A stretch of 64,000 bases of DNA from Candidatus Multivoradales bacterium (GTDB lineage Bacteria > Acidobacteriota > Thermoanaerobaculia > Multivoradales > JAHEKO01). A program made the position numbers and the translations under genes. The stretch's first letter is position 1, and the number at the start of each line of letters is the position of its first letter. Positions 38,974-50,247 of the stretch are shown here, one piece after another. Below the pieces are notes generated by a model. The model worked only from the letters and a program-made list of their open reading frames with translations. It had not been told where the DNA came from and made no database searches. Where the stretch lies: contig CBDCXM010000008.1 in NCBI GenBank assembly GCA_965223855.1, positions 288,001-352,000 on the forward strand, read 5' to 3'.

Positions 38974-39963
38974 ATGGAGCTGCCGCGCTTCGCCGATCCG
39001 GTGTGGCTGTGGGCGTTGTTCGTGTTGCCGCTCCTCGCCTGGTGGCGGTGGCGGCGCGGTACGGCGGCGCTCGGCATCAGCCGCGTTCCCGCCGGCGCGG
39101 GCGGCGGCTGGCGACTGCACCTTCCCTTCGCGTTGCGTTTCACCGGTCTGGCGCTGGTCGTCCTCGCCCTCGCCCGCCCGCAGCTCGGCTACTCGTGGGA
39201 AGAGAACCTCACCGAGGGAATCGACATCCAGATCGCGCTCGACATCTCGGGCTCCATGGGGGCCGAAGACTTCCAGCCGCGCAACAGGCTCGAGGTGGCC
39301 AAGCGGGTCGTCAACGACTTCATCGCACAGCGCACCGCCGATCGTGTCGGTCTGACGGTCTTCTCGGGCACTGCGATGACCCGCTCACCGCTCACCACCG
39401 ACCGTCAGATGCTCCACTTCCTCGTCGACGCGGTGGAGCTCAACTCGCTGCCGGACGGCACGGCGATCGGACTCGCACTGGCGAACGCCACCGCGCGGCT
39501 CAGGGACAGCGCGGCGGAGTCGAAGGTGATCGTCCTCGTCACCGACGGCGTCAACAACGCCGGTGCCGTCGACCCAGCATCCGCCTCGGCGATCGCCGAA
39601 GGGCTGGGGGTGAAGGTCTACACCGTGGGCGTCGGCACCGCCGGCCGCGTGCCGGTTCCGCTCCCGGTCCAGAACCCGCGCACCGGTCGGCGTGAGGTGC
39701 AGCGGGTGCTGATGAACGTCGAGGTGGACGAGAAGCTCCTGCAGCAGATCGCCGAGCGCACCGGCGGCAAGTTCTTCAAGGCGACCGACGAGAGCGCGCT
39801 GCGGCGGATCTTCGAAGAGATCGACGCGCTCGAACGCACTCCCATCGCCACCAAGACGTTCGTTCGCTACGAGGAGACGTTCCAGCCGCTCGCCTGGGCC
39901 GCCCTGGCCCTTCTCCTCCTGCCCTTCGTCGCAGGAGTTCTGGACTGGACGGTCGAGCCGTGA
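38974..39963 (+). CDS. batA: BatA-like VWA membrane protein
   Basis: ALARPQ, MIDAS DISGS, DGTAIG, TDGVNN. Confidence 0.88.
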   Translation: MELPRFADPVWLWALFVLPLLAWWRWRRGTAALGISRVPAGAGGGWRLHLPFALRFTGLALVVLALARPQLGYSWEENLTEGIDIQIALDISGSMGAEDFQPRNRLEVAKRVVNDFIAQRTADRVGLTVFSGTAMTRSPLTTDRQMLHFLVDAVELNSLPDGTAIGLALANATARLRDSAAESKVIVLVTDGVNNAGAVDPASASAIAEGLGVKVYTVGVGTAGRVPVPLPVQNPRTGRREVQRVLMNVEVDEKLLQQIAERTGGKFFKATDESALRRIFEEIDALERTPIATKTFVRYEETFQPLAWAALALLLLPFVAGVLDWTVEP

Positions 39964-40976
39964 CCTTCGGACGCTCCGAATGGCTCTGGCTGCTCGCCGC
40001 GGTGCCGGTGTCGGCGGCGCTCGCGGCGTGGCTGTGGCGCCGCCGGTTCGACGCGCTGGCGGCGTGGGCTTCCCGCGCACTGTGGCCGCGGCTGGAGCTC
40101 GAAGCCCGACGCGGACAGCTGTGGCTGTCGGTGGCCGCCCTCTCCCTCGCGATCTTCGGGGTGATCGGTGCGCTCGCCGAGCCGCGCTGGGGCACGATCG
40201 AGGAGACGGTCGAACGCGAGGGGGTGGACGTGGTGTTCGTGCTCGACTCGTCGCTCTCGATGGCCGCCGACGACGTCGCGCCCGATCGCCTGACCGTCGC
40301 GGCCAGCCTCGTTCGCGAGCTGGCTCGGAGACTGCCGGGGCATCGCGTCGCCCTGGTCCAGGCGGAGGGCGACGGTGTCGTGCTGGCCCCGCTGACGATC
40401 GACGCCGCGGTGCTCGACCTGCTGCTCGACACCATCCTGCCCGCCAGCCTGCCGACCCCCGGGACACTGCTCGAGCGCTCGCTCGGACAGGCGGTGCGGC
40501 TCTTCCCCGAGGAAGGGCCCCAGCATCGGGTCATCGTGCTGTTGTCGGACGGCGAGGATCACAGCGATGCCGACGACCGGATCGCGGCGACCCTAGAGGA
40601 GTCCGGAGCCGTTCTCTTCGCCCTCGGCGTCGGCTCCCCGCAGGGAGCGCCGATTCGCCTCCCCGGCAGCGACGCCTACAAGGAGGACGAGGAGGGCAAC
40701 GTCGTCGTCAGCAAGCTCAACGAAGATCTGATGGCACGACTCGCCCACGAGACGGGAGGGCTCTACCTGCGCGCCGCCGGCCTCGGCGTCGATCTCGACC
40801 CCGTGGTCGGTGCGATCAACGACATGGAGCGACGCTCCATCGACGGACAGGTGACGAGCACCCTGGCGCAGCGCTTCCAGTGGCCGCTCGCCGCCGGGCT
40901 CGTGGCGTTGCTGATGCACCTCGTGGCCATGCCGCTCGCCCCGTCACGAGCGGAGTCGGAAAGGCTGAGCTCATGA
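39960..40976 (+). CDS. batB: BatB-like VWA membrane protein
   Basis: AEPRWG, DSSLSM, SDGEDH, VVSKLNE. Confidence 0.85.
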   Translation: MTFGRSEWLWLLAAVPVSAALAAWLWRRRFDALAAWASRALWPRLELEARRGQLWLSVAALSLAIFGVIGALAEPRWGTIEETVEREGVDVVFVLDSSLSMAADDVAPDRLTVAASLVRELARRLPGHRVALVQAEGDGVVLAPLTIDAAVLDLLLDTILPASLPTPGTLLERSLGQAVRLFPEEGPQHRVIVLLSDGEDHSDADDRIAATLEESGAVLFALGVGSPQGAPIRLPGSDAYKEDEEGNVVVSKLNEDLMARLAHETGGLYLRAAGLGVDLDPVVGAINDMERRSIDGQVTSTLAQRFQWPLAAGLVALLMHLVAMPLAPSRAESERLSS

Positions 40977-41758
40977 AGGCACTCCTCGCCTCCGGACTCG
41001 CCTGGAGCGCCCTCGGAATCGGCTCTCTGCTCGAGCTGCCCGAGAAGGTCGAAGCATGGCTCTTCAACCCCCGGGAGCGAACCGAGCGCGGCCTCGAAGC
41101 GGCCGATGCCGGAGATCTCGAAGGGGCGAGCGACGCCTACGACGCGGCTGCCCGGCTCGCACCCGACGATCCGGTAACGCGGTTCAACGCCGGCACGGGA
41201 CGCCTGCTCGCGGAACGAGGCGACGCCGCCGAGGAGCTGTCGCGCGCCGTGGAGCTGGCGGCGCCGGAGATGCTGCCGCGGGCGCTCTACAACCTCGGCA
41301 ACGCCCAACTGCGGGAAGAGGACGCCGCCGCGGCGGTCGAGTCCTTCAAGAGCTCGCTGAGAGCCGACCCCGATCAGCTCGACGCCAAGCACAACCTGGA
41401 GCTGGCACTGCGAATGCTCGAGGAGCAGAACTCCGGTCGCGGTGAGGATCAGGAGACCCCGGATGCCGAGAACGAGGGCGAACAGGAGCAGTCGCCCTCG
41501 GAGGGCAGTGAGGATCCCCGGGACGAACCGCAGCAGGACGAGGGGCAGGAGCCTCGATCCCAGGACGGCGACGGCCAGCAGACCCCTCAGCCCGACCAGA
41601 GAGATCGGCCGCTCCCCAACTTCGAAGATCAGGAGGACATGACCGCCGAGCAGGCGGCCGCGATCCTCGAAGCGGTCGAGAACCTGGAGCGGGAGCAGCG
41701 GCGCGAGCAGGCGGCCGAGCGCCTGAAGGCACGCAAGACCGGAGAGCGAGACTGGTGA
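40973..41758 (+). CDS. batC: BatC-like TPR protein
   Basis: YNLGNA, AKHNLELA, Q/E-rich linker, terminal RDW. Confidence 0.82.
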   Translation: MKALLASGLAWSALGIGSLLELPEKVEAWLFNPRERTERGLEAADAGDLEGASDAYDAAARLAPDDPVTRFNAGTGRLLAERGDAAEELSRAVELAAPEMLPRALYNLGNAQLREEDAAAAVESFKSSLRADPDQLDAKHNLELALRMLEEQNSGRGEDQETPDAENEGEQEQSPSEGSEDPRDEPQQDEGQEPRSQDGDGQQTPQPDQRDRPLPNFEDQEDMTAEQAAAILEAVENLEREQRREQAAERLKARKTGERDW

Positions 41759-43602
41759 GGCGGCTGCTCGCCCTCTCGGCCGTCCTGCTCCTCGCCGCCC
41801 TGGGCCGGGCCTCGGCCGAGGACGAGCCGCGCGTCAGCGCGCGTCTGGCGCCCGAGCGGATCGGCACCGAGCAACTCACCCGGCTGATCATCGAGGTCAG
41901 CGGCAGCGGGATCGGCAGCCGACAGTTCACGCCCGACTTCGAGCTCGAGAACCTGGTCATCGATTCCGGTCCCAGCCAGTCGCAGAGCTTCAGCTTCACC
42001 AACGGCGTCGCCTCGCGCAGCCAGAGCCTGAGCTGGATTCTGCGACCGGTCGGGCCGGGAGCGGCGCGGGTCCACTCGATCCGGGTGCAGTACGGCGACA
42101 CCCTCTACGAGCCGCCCGATCTCCAACTCGTCGTCGAGAACGAAGCGGTCGTCGGCAGCTCTCAGGGGCAGCGCCAGGCCGATCCGTTCGAGGACTTCTT
42201 CCCGTCGCTCCGCGGCCGGCTGAGGCGCGGTTCCACGCCGCAGCCGGAGGTGTTCCTCCGTGCCGAGCTTTCCCCGCGCTCGCCATGGGTCGGACAGCAG
42301 GTGGTCTACACCCTCTACCTCTACACCCAGGCTCACGTCGCCTCGATCAACCCGGAGCAGCTGCCGGACTTCGCCGGCTTCTGGGTCCGCGACATCGACC
42401 TCGGAGAGACTCCCGAGGTCGAGATGGTCGACGTCGACGGCCGGCGGTTCGGCCGCGTACCGATCCTGCGCCGGGCGCTCTTCCCCCTGCGCTCCGGCGA
42501 GCTCTCCCTCGAGTCGGCGAAGGTACAGCTCTCGGTCCGGATGCCCGACCGGACTTTCGGCTCCATGTTCTCCGACATCGAGTCGATCCGGCGAGACAGC
42601 AATCCGCTGTCTCTGACCGCTCGCGAGCTGCCTCCGGACGCCCCGGAGGGCTTCGCCGGAGCCGTCGGCTCGCTCGAGATCGAGGCGCACCTCGAACCGA
42701 CCAGCGTCACGGTCGGCGAGGCGGCGACCTTCAAAGTCACGCTCGCAGGCGCCGGACACCTCCAGGGGCTCCCCGCCCCGGAGCTGCCCGAGATGGAGGG
42801 AGTCCGCCTGTTCCCGCCTCAACAGGAGAGCGGCGAGCGGGTCGTCGGCGATCAGGTGCGCGGCGAGAGAAGCTGGAACTTCATCCTCGTCCCCGAAGTC
42901 GCGGCGCCGCTGGAGCTGCCGCCGATCGAGATCTCCTACTTCGACCCGGTCGCCTCCGCCTACCGGACCACCCGCTCTGAGCCGCTCACGCTGGCGGTCG
43001 CGCCGGCGCCGGTGACGGAGGCAGCGCTCGAACCGGCGGCCGCAGCGCCGATCGACGACGCGGACGCCGGGACGGATCAGCAGGCCGCGGCGGCCGGTCT
43101 CCGCTGGACCGCGATCCTGCCGTGGGCCCTGGTCGCGCTCCTGTCGCTCGCACTGATCGTCGCCCTCACCCGTCGCCGGCCGGGGTCCGGCGCCGCTCGG
43201 CCAGGGAGCGCCGGCCAACGGAGTCGATCGCCGGGCCCTTCGCCCAGCCCCGGGCAGGGACCCACCGTCCGCGCGAAGGAGCGACGCACTCTCAATCGCG
43301 ACTTCGACAGCGCGGTCGAGGCCGCGGCGATGGAAGCGAAACCGCGGGCGACCGCTCACGCCATCGAGGAGGCATGGCGGAGCTGGCTGGCCGAGCGCTG
43401 GGAGATCGAACCGAGCGCGCCTACCAAGCAGTGGGGCGAGCGCCTGGAGGGCGCCGGCGCCGACGTCGACGAGGTCCGGCGGCTGATGGGGCTGGTCGAC
43501 GATCTCCACTACCTGCGTTACGCACCGCAACTGGCCGACACCGAGTCGCTCGCTCGGGAGTTGATCCTCCGCTCGCAAAAGATCCAGCGCTCTCTACAAT
43601 AG
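41755..43602 (+). CDS. batD: BatD-like protein
   Basis: Signal peptide, SFSFTNG, FAGAVG, YFDP, C-terminal TM helix. Confidence 0.82.
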   Translation: MRRLLALSAVLLLAALGRASAEDEPRVSARLAPERIGTEQLTRLIIEVSGSGIGSRQFTPDFELENLVIDSGPSQSQSFSFTNGVASRSQSLSWILRPVGPGAARVHSIRVQYGDTLYEPPDLQLVVENEAVVGSSQGQRQADPFEDFFPSLRGRLRRGSTPQPEVFLRAELSPRSPWVGQQVVYTLYLYTQAHVASINPEQLPDFAGFWVRDIDLGETPEVEMVDVDGRRFGRVPILRRALFPLRSGELSLESAKVQLSVRMPDRTFGSMFSDIESIRRDSNPLSLTARELPPDAPEGFAGAVGSLEIEAHLEPTSVTVGEAATFKVTLAGAGHLQGLPAPELPEMEGVRLFPPQQESGERVVGDQVRGERSWNFILVPEVAAPLELPPIEISYFDPVASAYRTTRSEPLTLAVAPAPVTEAALEPAAAAPIDDADAGTDQQAAAAGLRWTAILPWALVALLSLALIVALTRRRPGSGAARPGSAGQRSRSPGPSPSPGQGPTVRAKERRTLNRDFDSAVEAAAMEAKPRATAHAIEEAWRSWLAERWEIEPSAPTKQWGERLEGAGADVDEVRRLMGLVDDLHYLRYAPQLADTESLARELILRSQKIQRSLQ

Positions 43603-43609
43603 GGGGGTC

Positions 43610-44734
43610 ATGCCCGACTTCCGGTGCATCGAACCGGACGAGCTGGAGCGATTCGTCCATCGCCGGCCGCTCAATCTGAGCGACCCGGGGACCCTCAACC
43701 TCGCCGACAACCTCACCGAGGTTCTGCGCAAGGCCAACGAGTTCGTCCCCTCGGAGGGTGGGTCGATCCTGCTCGACCGTCCGACCGAGACCGGCAAGGC
43801 ACGGAGCCCCTCCCTGGCGTTCATCGCAGCCTTCGGAGACCGGGCCGACGACCTCCTGGGCACCACCGTCGATCATCCGGATGCCGTGGCGACCGGCGTC
43901 TACAGCACCGGACGCTCCGACCGGCGAGACCGCAACGGCAACGGCCCTCCGCCGGCCAACGGCGTCCGCTCCCTCGTGGCGATTCCCATCCGCATCGGAG
44001 ACGAGGTGTGCGGAGTTCTCGAGCTGATCGATCGGCGAGGCAGCGACGGGTTCTCGCAGGATGACGTCAACCTCCTCGAGATCTTCGCCGACTACATCTC
44101 GATCGCCATCCGCAACGTCCTCGAAGGCCGCCTCGCCCAGGAGATCGCTCAACGCGACAACCTGACGGGGCTGCTCAACGACCGGTCTCTGCACCTCGTC
44201 GTCTCGCGTGTGGTCGACGAGTGCCGTGAGGACGGCGAGGATCTGGCTCTGCTGTTCCTCGACCTCGACTACTTCAAGCACGTGAACGACACTCACGGGC
44301 ACCTCGCCGGAAGCCAGGTGTTGCGGGAGATCGGCCGCCTGTTGCGCACCCGGGCCGAGGCCGAGGGCGTGATCGCCGCCCGCTACGGCGGCGACGAGTT
44401 CGTGCTCGCCGCGCCCGCCAAGTCGCTCGACGAGGCGATCGACCTGGCCGAGCGTCTGCGTGACGCGATCAGCGCCGGGGTCTACTGCACCGAGCCCAGC
44501 GACATTCAGCCCGATGTGTTGAACCTGAGCGGGATTACCTGCTCGGTCGGGGTGGCGTCGCTGCATCGCCACACGACCCCGGACCTCTCTGCGGAGCGGT
44601 GCAAGAGCTCGCTGCTGCGGCTCGCCGACGCCGCGATGTACGTCGCCAAGGAGACCGGCCGCAACCGCACCGCCGTGGCCGGAGAGCTCGTGCGCCGGCG
44701 TCGATTCGAGGCTCCGACTCCACCACCGGACTAG
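43610..44734 (+). CDS. GAF-GGDEF diguanylate cyclase
   Basis: GAF (VCGVLEL), DNLTGLLN, DLDYFKHVNDTHGH, RYGGDEF. Confidence 0.93.
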   Translation: MPDFRCIEPDELERFVHRRPLNLSDPGTLNLADNLTEVLRKANEFVPSEGGSILLDRPTETGKARSPSLAFIAAFGDRADDLLGTTVDHPDAVATGVYSTGRSDRRDRNGNGPPPANGVRSLVAIPIRIGDEVCGVLELIDRRGSDGFSQDDVNLLEIFADYISIAIRNVLEGRLAQEIAQRDNLTGLLNDRSLHLVVSRVVDECREDGEDLALLFLDLDYFKHVNDTHGHLAGSQVLREIGRLLRTRAEAEGVIAARYGGDEFVLAAPAKSLDEAIDLAERLRDAISAGVYCTEPSDIQPDVLNLSGITCSVGVASLHRHTTPDLSAERCKSSLLRLADAAMYVAKETGRNRTAVAGELVRRRRFEAPTPPPD

Positions 44735-44915
44735 CCTGAATCTCTCACGCCGGTGTGCTCTGGAAGGCCGTAGGTCGCTGAAAATACAAGGCTTCCGGTC
44801 GCGAGCACCACAGACATAGCCGTAGCTGCGTCGAGGAGCACAGTGACCGGAAAACGCAGTAGATTCAGTGACCTGCGGCCTTCCAGGGTGCAGCGGCGTG
44901 AGACGTTCAGGCTAC
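44731..44915. mobile_element. ~185-bp CTAG-bounded fold-back element, copy 2
   Basis: TIR ctagcctgaatctctcacgccg / cggcgtgagacgttcaggctac; the left CTAG contains the GGDEF gene stop. Confidence 0.85.
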
Positions 44916-44941
44916 GCGACCGGGCTGTGCACCGCCTCCCG

Positions 44942-44971
44942 TTGACCGCCCTTTCGGGCCGGTGCTAGCCT
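44942..44971 (+). promoter_or_regulatory. Sigma70 promoter of lat-pcd
   Basis: TTGACC-N18-TAGCCT with extended -10 TG. Confidence 0.55.
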
Positions 44972-45041
44972 GCCCCGCGACGGCCCTGGAAGCCTCGGCC
45001 GCCCCGATCCCCCTCCAGAAGCACCACTCCGAGGTATCCGC

Positions 45042-46382
45042 ATGACGACGACGGTGTCGCACTCCGCCTCCATGGCTCCTGCAGACGTGCGGGAGCGACT
45101 CTCGCAGCACATCCTGGCCGACGGCCTGCCGATCGTCATCGATCTCGAGAAGAGTGCCGGCTCCTACCTGTGGGACAGCGTGAGGGGGCGCCGACTGCTC
45201 GACCTCTTCGGCTGTTTCTCCACCAGCACCCTCGGGTACAACCACCCCGGGCTGCAGACGCCCGAGGCGGAGGCGGCACTGCTGCCGGCGGCGATCAACA
45301 AACCGTCCAACTCCGATATCTATTCGCTCGAGATGGGCCACTTCGTCGAGGCGCTCGCGCGGACGGTTCCGGCACCGCTCGACGAGCGGATGTTCTTCAT
45401 CGAGGGCGGGGCCCTCGCCGTGGAGAACGCCCTCAAAACGGCGATGGACTGGAAGGTACGCAAGAACCTCGCGGCCGGGCGTGGCGAGATCGGCGGTGAG
45501 ATTCTGCACTTCGAGAGCGCGTTCCACGGACGCAGCGGCTACACCCTCTCGCTCACCAACACCGACCCGGTCAAGACGGACTACTTCCCCAAGTTCGACT
45601 GGCCTCGCATCCCGGTACCGCGCCAGCGCTTTCCACTCGATGACGCGGGGCGCGCCGACCTCGAGCGCGAGGAAGACGCCGCGGTCGCGGCGATCGAGGC
45701 CGCCGTCGCCGAGCGGCCGCACCGGATCGCGGCGCTGATCGTCGAGCCGATTCAGGGCGAGGGAGGGGACAACCACTTCCGGCCCGAGTTCCTGGCCCGG
45801 CTGCGGACGCTCGCCGACGAGCACGAGTTCCTGCTCGTTTTCGACGAGGTGCAGACCGGGTTCGCCACCACGGGAAGCTGGTGGTGCTTCGAGCAGCTCG
45901 GGGTCACGCCCGACGTCTTCGCCTTCGGAAAGAAGACGCAGGTGTGCGGCATCTGCGCCGGGCCCCGTGTGGACGAGGTCGATTCCGTCTTCAAGGTCTC
46001 GAGCCGCATCAACTCGACCTGGGGCGGCAATCTGGTCGACATGGTGCGCTGCCGCCTGTACGTCGAGATCATCGAGGCGGAGAACCTGCTCGACAACGCC
46101 CGCTCGATCGGAGCCTCGCTGCTCGCCGGTCTGCGCGAGCTCGAAGGGCGCTTCCCCGACCTCGTTTCCAACTCGCGCGGCCGCGGGCTCTTCATCGCCT
46201 TCGACCTGCCCGACGCCGACGTGCGCCGACGGGTCCTCGAGACGATGCTCGCCGCCGACGTCCTCGGCCTCGCCTCCGGAGAGCGCTCGATCCGCTTCCG
46301 CCCCGCCCTGACGCTCTCCGCAGCCGAAGCCGCCGAGGGCCTGGGCCGCCTGACGGAAGCGCTCGCCGGCAGCCGCGACTGA
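45042..46382 (+). CDS. lat: L-lysine 6-transaminase
   Basis: KPSNSDIY, GGALAVENALK, AFHGRSGY, DEVQTG, FGKKTQV, INSTWGG. Confidence 0.92.
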   Translation: MTTTVSHSASMAPADVRERLSQHILADGLPIVIDLEKSAGSYLWDSVRGRRLLDLFGCFSTSTLGYNHPGLQTPEAEAALLPAAINKPSNSDIYSLEMGHFVEALARTVPAPLDERMFFIEGGALAVENALKTAMDWKVRKNLAAGRGEIGGEILHFESAFHGRSGYTLSLTNTDPVKTDYFPKFDWPRIPVPRQRFPLDDAGRADLEREEDAAVAAIEAAVAERPHRIAALIVEPIQGEGGDNHFRPEFLARLRTLADEHEFLLVFDEVQTGFATTGSWWCFEQLGVTPDVFAFGKKTQVCGICAGPRVDEVDSVFKVSSRINSTWGGNLVDMVRCRLYVEIIEAENLLDNARSIGASLLAGLRELEGRFPDLVSNSRGRGLFIAFDLPDADVRRRVLETMLAADVLGLASGERSIRFRPALTLSAAEAAEGLGRLTEALAGSRD

Positions 46383-46450
46383 ATCCCCCCTCAACACCCA
46401 CACCATGGCGTCGGCGGGCCCCGGGCCCGCTGCGCACCCGGAGAACCGAC

Positions 46451-47980
46451 ATGACGACCAACGCCCAGGAGATTCTCTCCGCCCTCGGCATCGAGCCCGA
46501 CAACCCCGGAGCATGGGACGGAGAGTGGATCGACACGACCGGTCCCGCGATCGTCTCCGTCAACCCGGCGACAGGCGAAGAGATCGCCCGCGTCCGCTCG
46601 GCCGAGGCGCACGACTACGAGCGCTGCGCGGCCGCCTCGCAGAAGGCGTTCGAGGAGTGGCGGGAGTGGACCGCACCGGCCCGGGGCGAGGTGGTCCGGC
46701 AGCTCGCCGAGGCGCTGCGGGAGAAGAAGGAGCCGCTCGGCGCCCTCGTGAGCCTCGAGATGGGCAAGGTATTGTCCGAAGGGCTCGGCGAGGTGCAGGA
46801 GATGATCGACATGTGCGACCTCGCCGTCGGCATGTCGCGCCAGCTCTACGGCCTGTCGATGCATTCCGAGCGCCCGCGGCACCGGATGTACGAGCAGTGG
46901 CACCCGCTGGGCCCGATCGGCATCATCACCGCCTTCAACTTCCCGGTGGCGGTGTGGGCGTGGAACTCGGCCGTGGCGGCCGTCTGCGGCGACTCGATGG
47001 TGTGGAAGCCGTCGGAGAAGACGCCGCTGTGCGCCCTTGCCGTGACACGCATCGCCGCCGAAGTGCTGGCGGCCAACGACGCACCGCCGATCTTCGGCCT
47101 CGCCATCGGCGACCGCCACCAGGTCGGTGAGCCGATGACCGCCGACCCGCGCATGCGCCTGATCTCGGCGACCGGCTCGGTCGCCATGGGCCGTGCCGTC
47201 GGCCAGGCGGTCGCCGACCGGCTCGGCCGCAGCCTGCTCGAGCTCGGCGGCAACAACGGCATCATCGTGATGGACGACGCCGACCTCGATCTGGCGCTGA
47301 GGGCGGTCCTCTTCGCGGCGGTCGGCACTGCCGGTCAGCGCTGCACCACCACCCGCCGGTTGTTCCTCCAGAAGGGAATCGCCGCCGAGATGAAGCAACG
47401 CCTCGTCGACGCCTACCGCTCGGTCACGATCGGCGACCCGCTCGAAGAGTCGACCCTCATGGGGCCGCTGGTCGACGAGCGGGCGATCGACGACATGATG
47501 AAGGCGATCACCGTCGCCACGGAACAGGGCGGCACGGTGCTGGCCGGCGGCGGACGGATCGACCGGCCGGGCTTCTTCGTCGAGCCGACGCTGATCGAAG
47601 CGAACCATCAGATGCCGATCACCTGCGACGAGACCTTCGCGCCGATCCTCTACCTGTTCGAGTTCGACACGCTCGAGGAGGCGATCGAGCAGCACAACGC
47701 GGTGCCCCAGGGCCTCTCTTCGGCGATCTTCACCCTCAACATGCGCTCGGCGGAACGGTTCCTGACGGCGGCCGGAAGCGACTGCGGCATCGCCAACGTC
47801 AACATCGGCACCTCGGGCGCCGAGATCGGCGGCGCCTTCGGCGGGGAGAAGGAGACCGGCGGCGGTCGCGAGGCGGGCTCGGATTCCTGGAAGGCGTACA
47901 TGCGCCGCCAGACCTGCACCCTCAACTACGGCACCGAGTTGCCGCTGGCCCAGGGGGTCTCGTTCGACCTCGATTCCTGA
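46451..47980 (+). CDS. pcd: Piperideine-6-carboxylate/alpha-aminoadipate semialdehyde dehydrogenase (ALDH7/AmaB family)
   Basis: GEVQEMID, AFNFPVAVWAWN, GTAGQRCT, GTSGAEIGGAFGGEKETG. Confidence 0.9.
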   Translation: MTTNAQEILSALGIEPDNPGAWDGEWIDTTGPAIVSVNPATGEEIARVRSAEAHDYERCAAASQKAFEEWREWTAPARGEVVRQLAEALREKKEPLGALVSLEMGKVLSEGLGEVQEMIDMCDLAVGMSRQLYGLSMHSERPRHRMYEQWHPLGPIGIITAFNFPVAVWAWNSAVAAVCGDSMVWKPSEKTPLCALAVTRIAAEVLAANDAPPIFGLAIGDRHQVGEPMTADPRMRLISATGSVAMGRAVGQAVADRLGRSLLELGGNNGIIVMDDADLDLALRAVLFAAVGTAGQRCTTTRRLFLQKGIAAEMKQRLVDAYRSVTIGDPLEESTLMGPLVDERAIDDMMKAITVATEQGGTVLAGGGRIDRPGFFVEPTLIEANHQMPITCDETFAPILYLFEFDTLEEAIEQHNAVPQGLSSAIFTLNMRSAERFLTAAGSDCGIANVNIGTSGAEIGGAFGGEKETGGGREAGSDSWKAYMRRQTCTLNYGTELPLAQGVSFDLDS

Positions 47981-48050
47981 CCGGAATTTCCTGCCGGCTC
48001 AGCTGCGGTGCGCCTTCGGGCGTGAAGAGCCGCATTGGTATGCTCCCATC

Positions 48051-49235
<1,185 letters not shown>

Positions 49236-49322
49236 CCGCGCTCCCGACGACCCCGGCAGGCGACCGTCGCGTCGGTTGAGGACGCGATAGCGGCGACCGC
49301 GCCGGCCGCATATCCTCGGCGC

Positions 49323-50195
49323 ATGTCGTCGAGGGTCCTGCTCAACCCCACCGCGGGACGCGGCGCCGCGGCTGCCGCGCGAGAGATGGTCGAGCCGCGC
49401 GTCGGCCGCGAGAACGTGATCGTCACCTCGAGCGGCGACCACCTCGAGCACGAGGCGCGCCAGGCGGTCAAAGACGGTCTCGAGCGCCTCGTCGTCGCCG
49501 GCGGTGACGGCTCCGCCCACCTCGCCCTGCAGGAGCTCGCCGGTTCGCGCACCGCTCTCGCGGTGCTCCCGCTGGGGAGCGGCAACGACATGGCGGCAAC
49601 GTTCGGTGTGCCGAAGGGGCGTCGCGCCGCACTCGAGCACGCTCTGTCGGCACCGTCCCGACCGACCGACCTCGGCAGGGTCGGCGAACGCCGCTTCGCC
49701 CTCTACTGCGGTTTCGGGATCGACGGCGAGATCTCGCGGATCTACAACGAGAAGGTCCGCTGGCCGAAGGGAACCGCAGGCTACGTGCGCGCGGCCCTCG
49801 AGGCGATCACGAGCTTCGAGGCTCCCACCGTGACGATCGACACGGGCGACGGACCGCGTTCCGGGCGGAGAGTCCTGACACTCGCCGCCAACGCTCCGCG
49901 CGCCGGCGGCGGCATGCAGGTGGCTCCCATGGCCAAGGTCGACGACGGCCGTCTCGAGCTCATCGAAGCCGAAGCGCTCGGACGGATCTCGATGCTGGCG
50001 CTGCTGGCGAAGATCTTCCGTGGCGGACACCTCTCCCACCCGAAGGTGCACCACCACTCGGTCGAGCGGCTGGAGGTGTCCTCGGACAAGCCGATCCCCG
50101 TGTACGCCGACGGCGAAAGGCTCTTCGAGGTCGGCCCGGAACCGGTCACAGTCGAGGTTTCGCCGCTGGCCCTGCGAGTGGTTCGGGGAGCCTAG
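49323..50195 (+). CDS. Diacylglycerol/lipid kinase family (YegS/BmrU-like)
   Basis: NPTAG, GGDG, PLGSGND, ADGE. Confidence 0.9.
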   Translation: MSSRVLLNPTAGRGAAAAAREMVEPRVGRENVIVTSSGDHLEHEARQAVKDGLERLVVAGGDGSAHLALQELAGSRTALAVLPLGSGNDMAATFGVPKGRRAALEHALSAPSRPTDLGRVGERRFALYCGFGIDGEISRIYNEKVRWPKGTAGYVRAALEAITSFEAPTVTIDTGDGPRSGRRVLTLAANAPRAGGGMQVAPMAKVDDGRLELIEAEALGRISMLALLAKIFRGGHLSHPKVHHHSVERLEVSSDKPIPVYADGERLFEVGPEPVTVEVSPLALRVVRGA

Positions 50196-50247
50196 CGGAC
50201 CTTCGTGGTGGGGCCCCGAACGCGGCGCCCCGAGGCGCAGCGCCACC

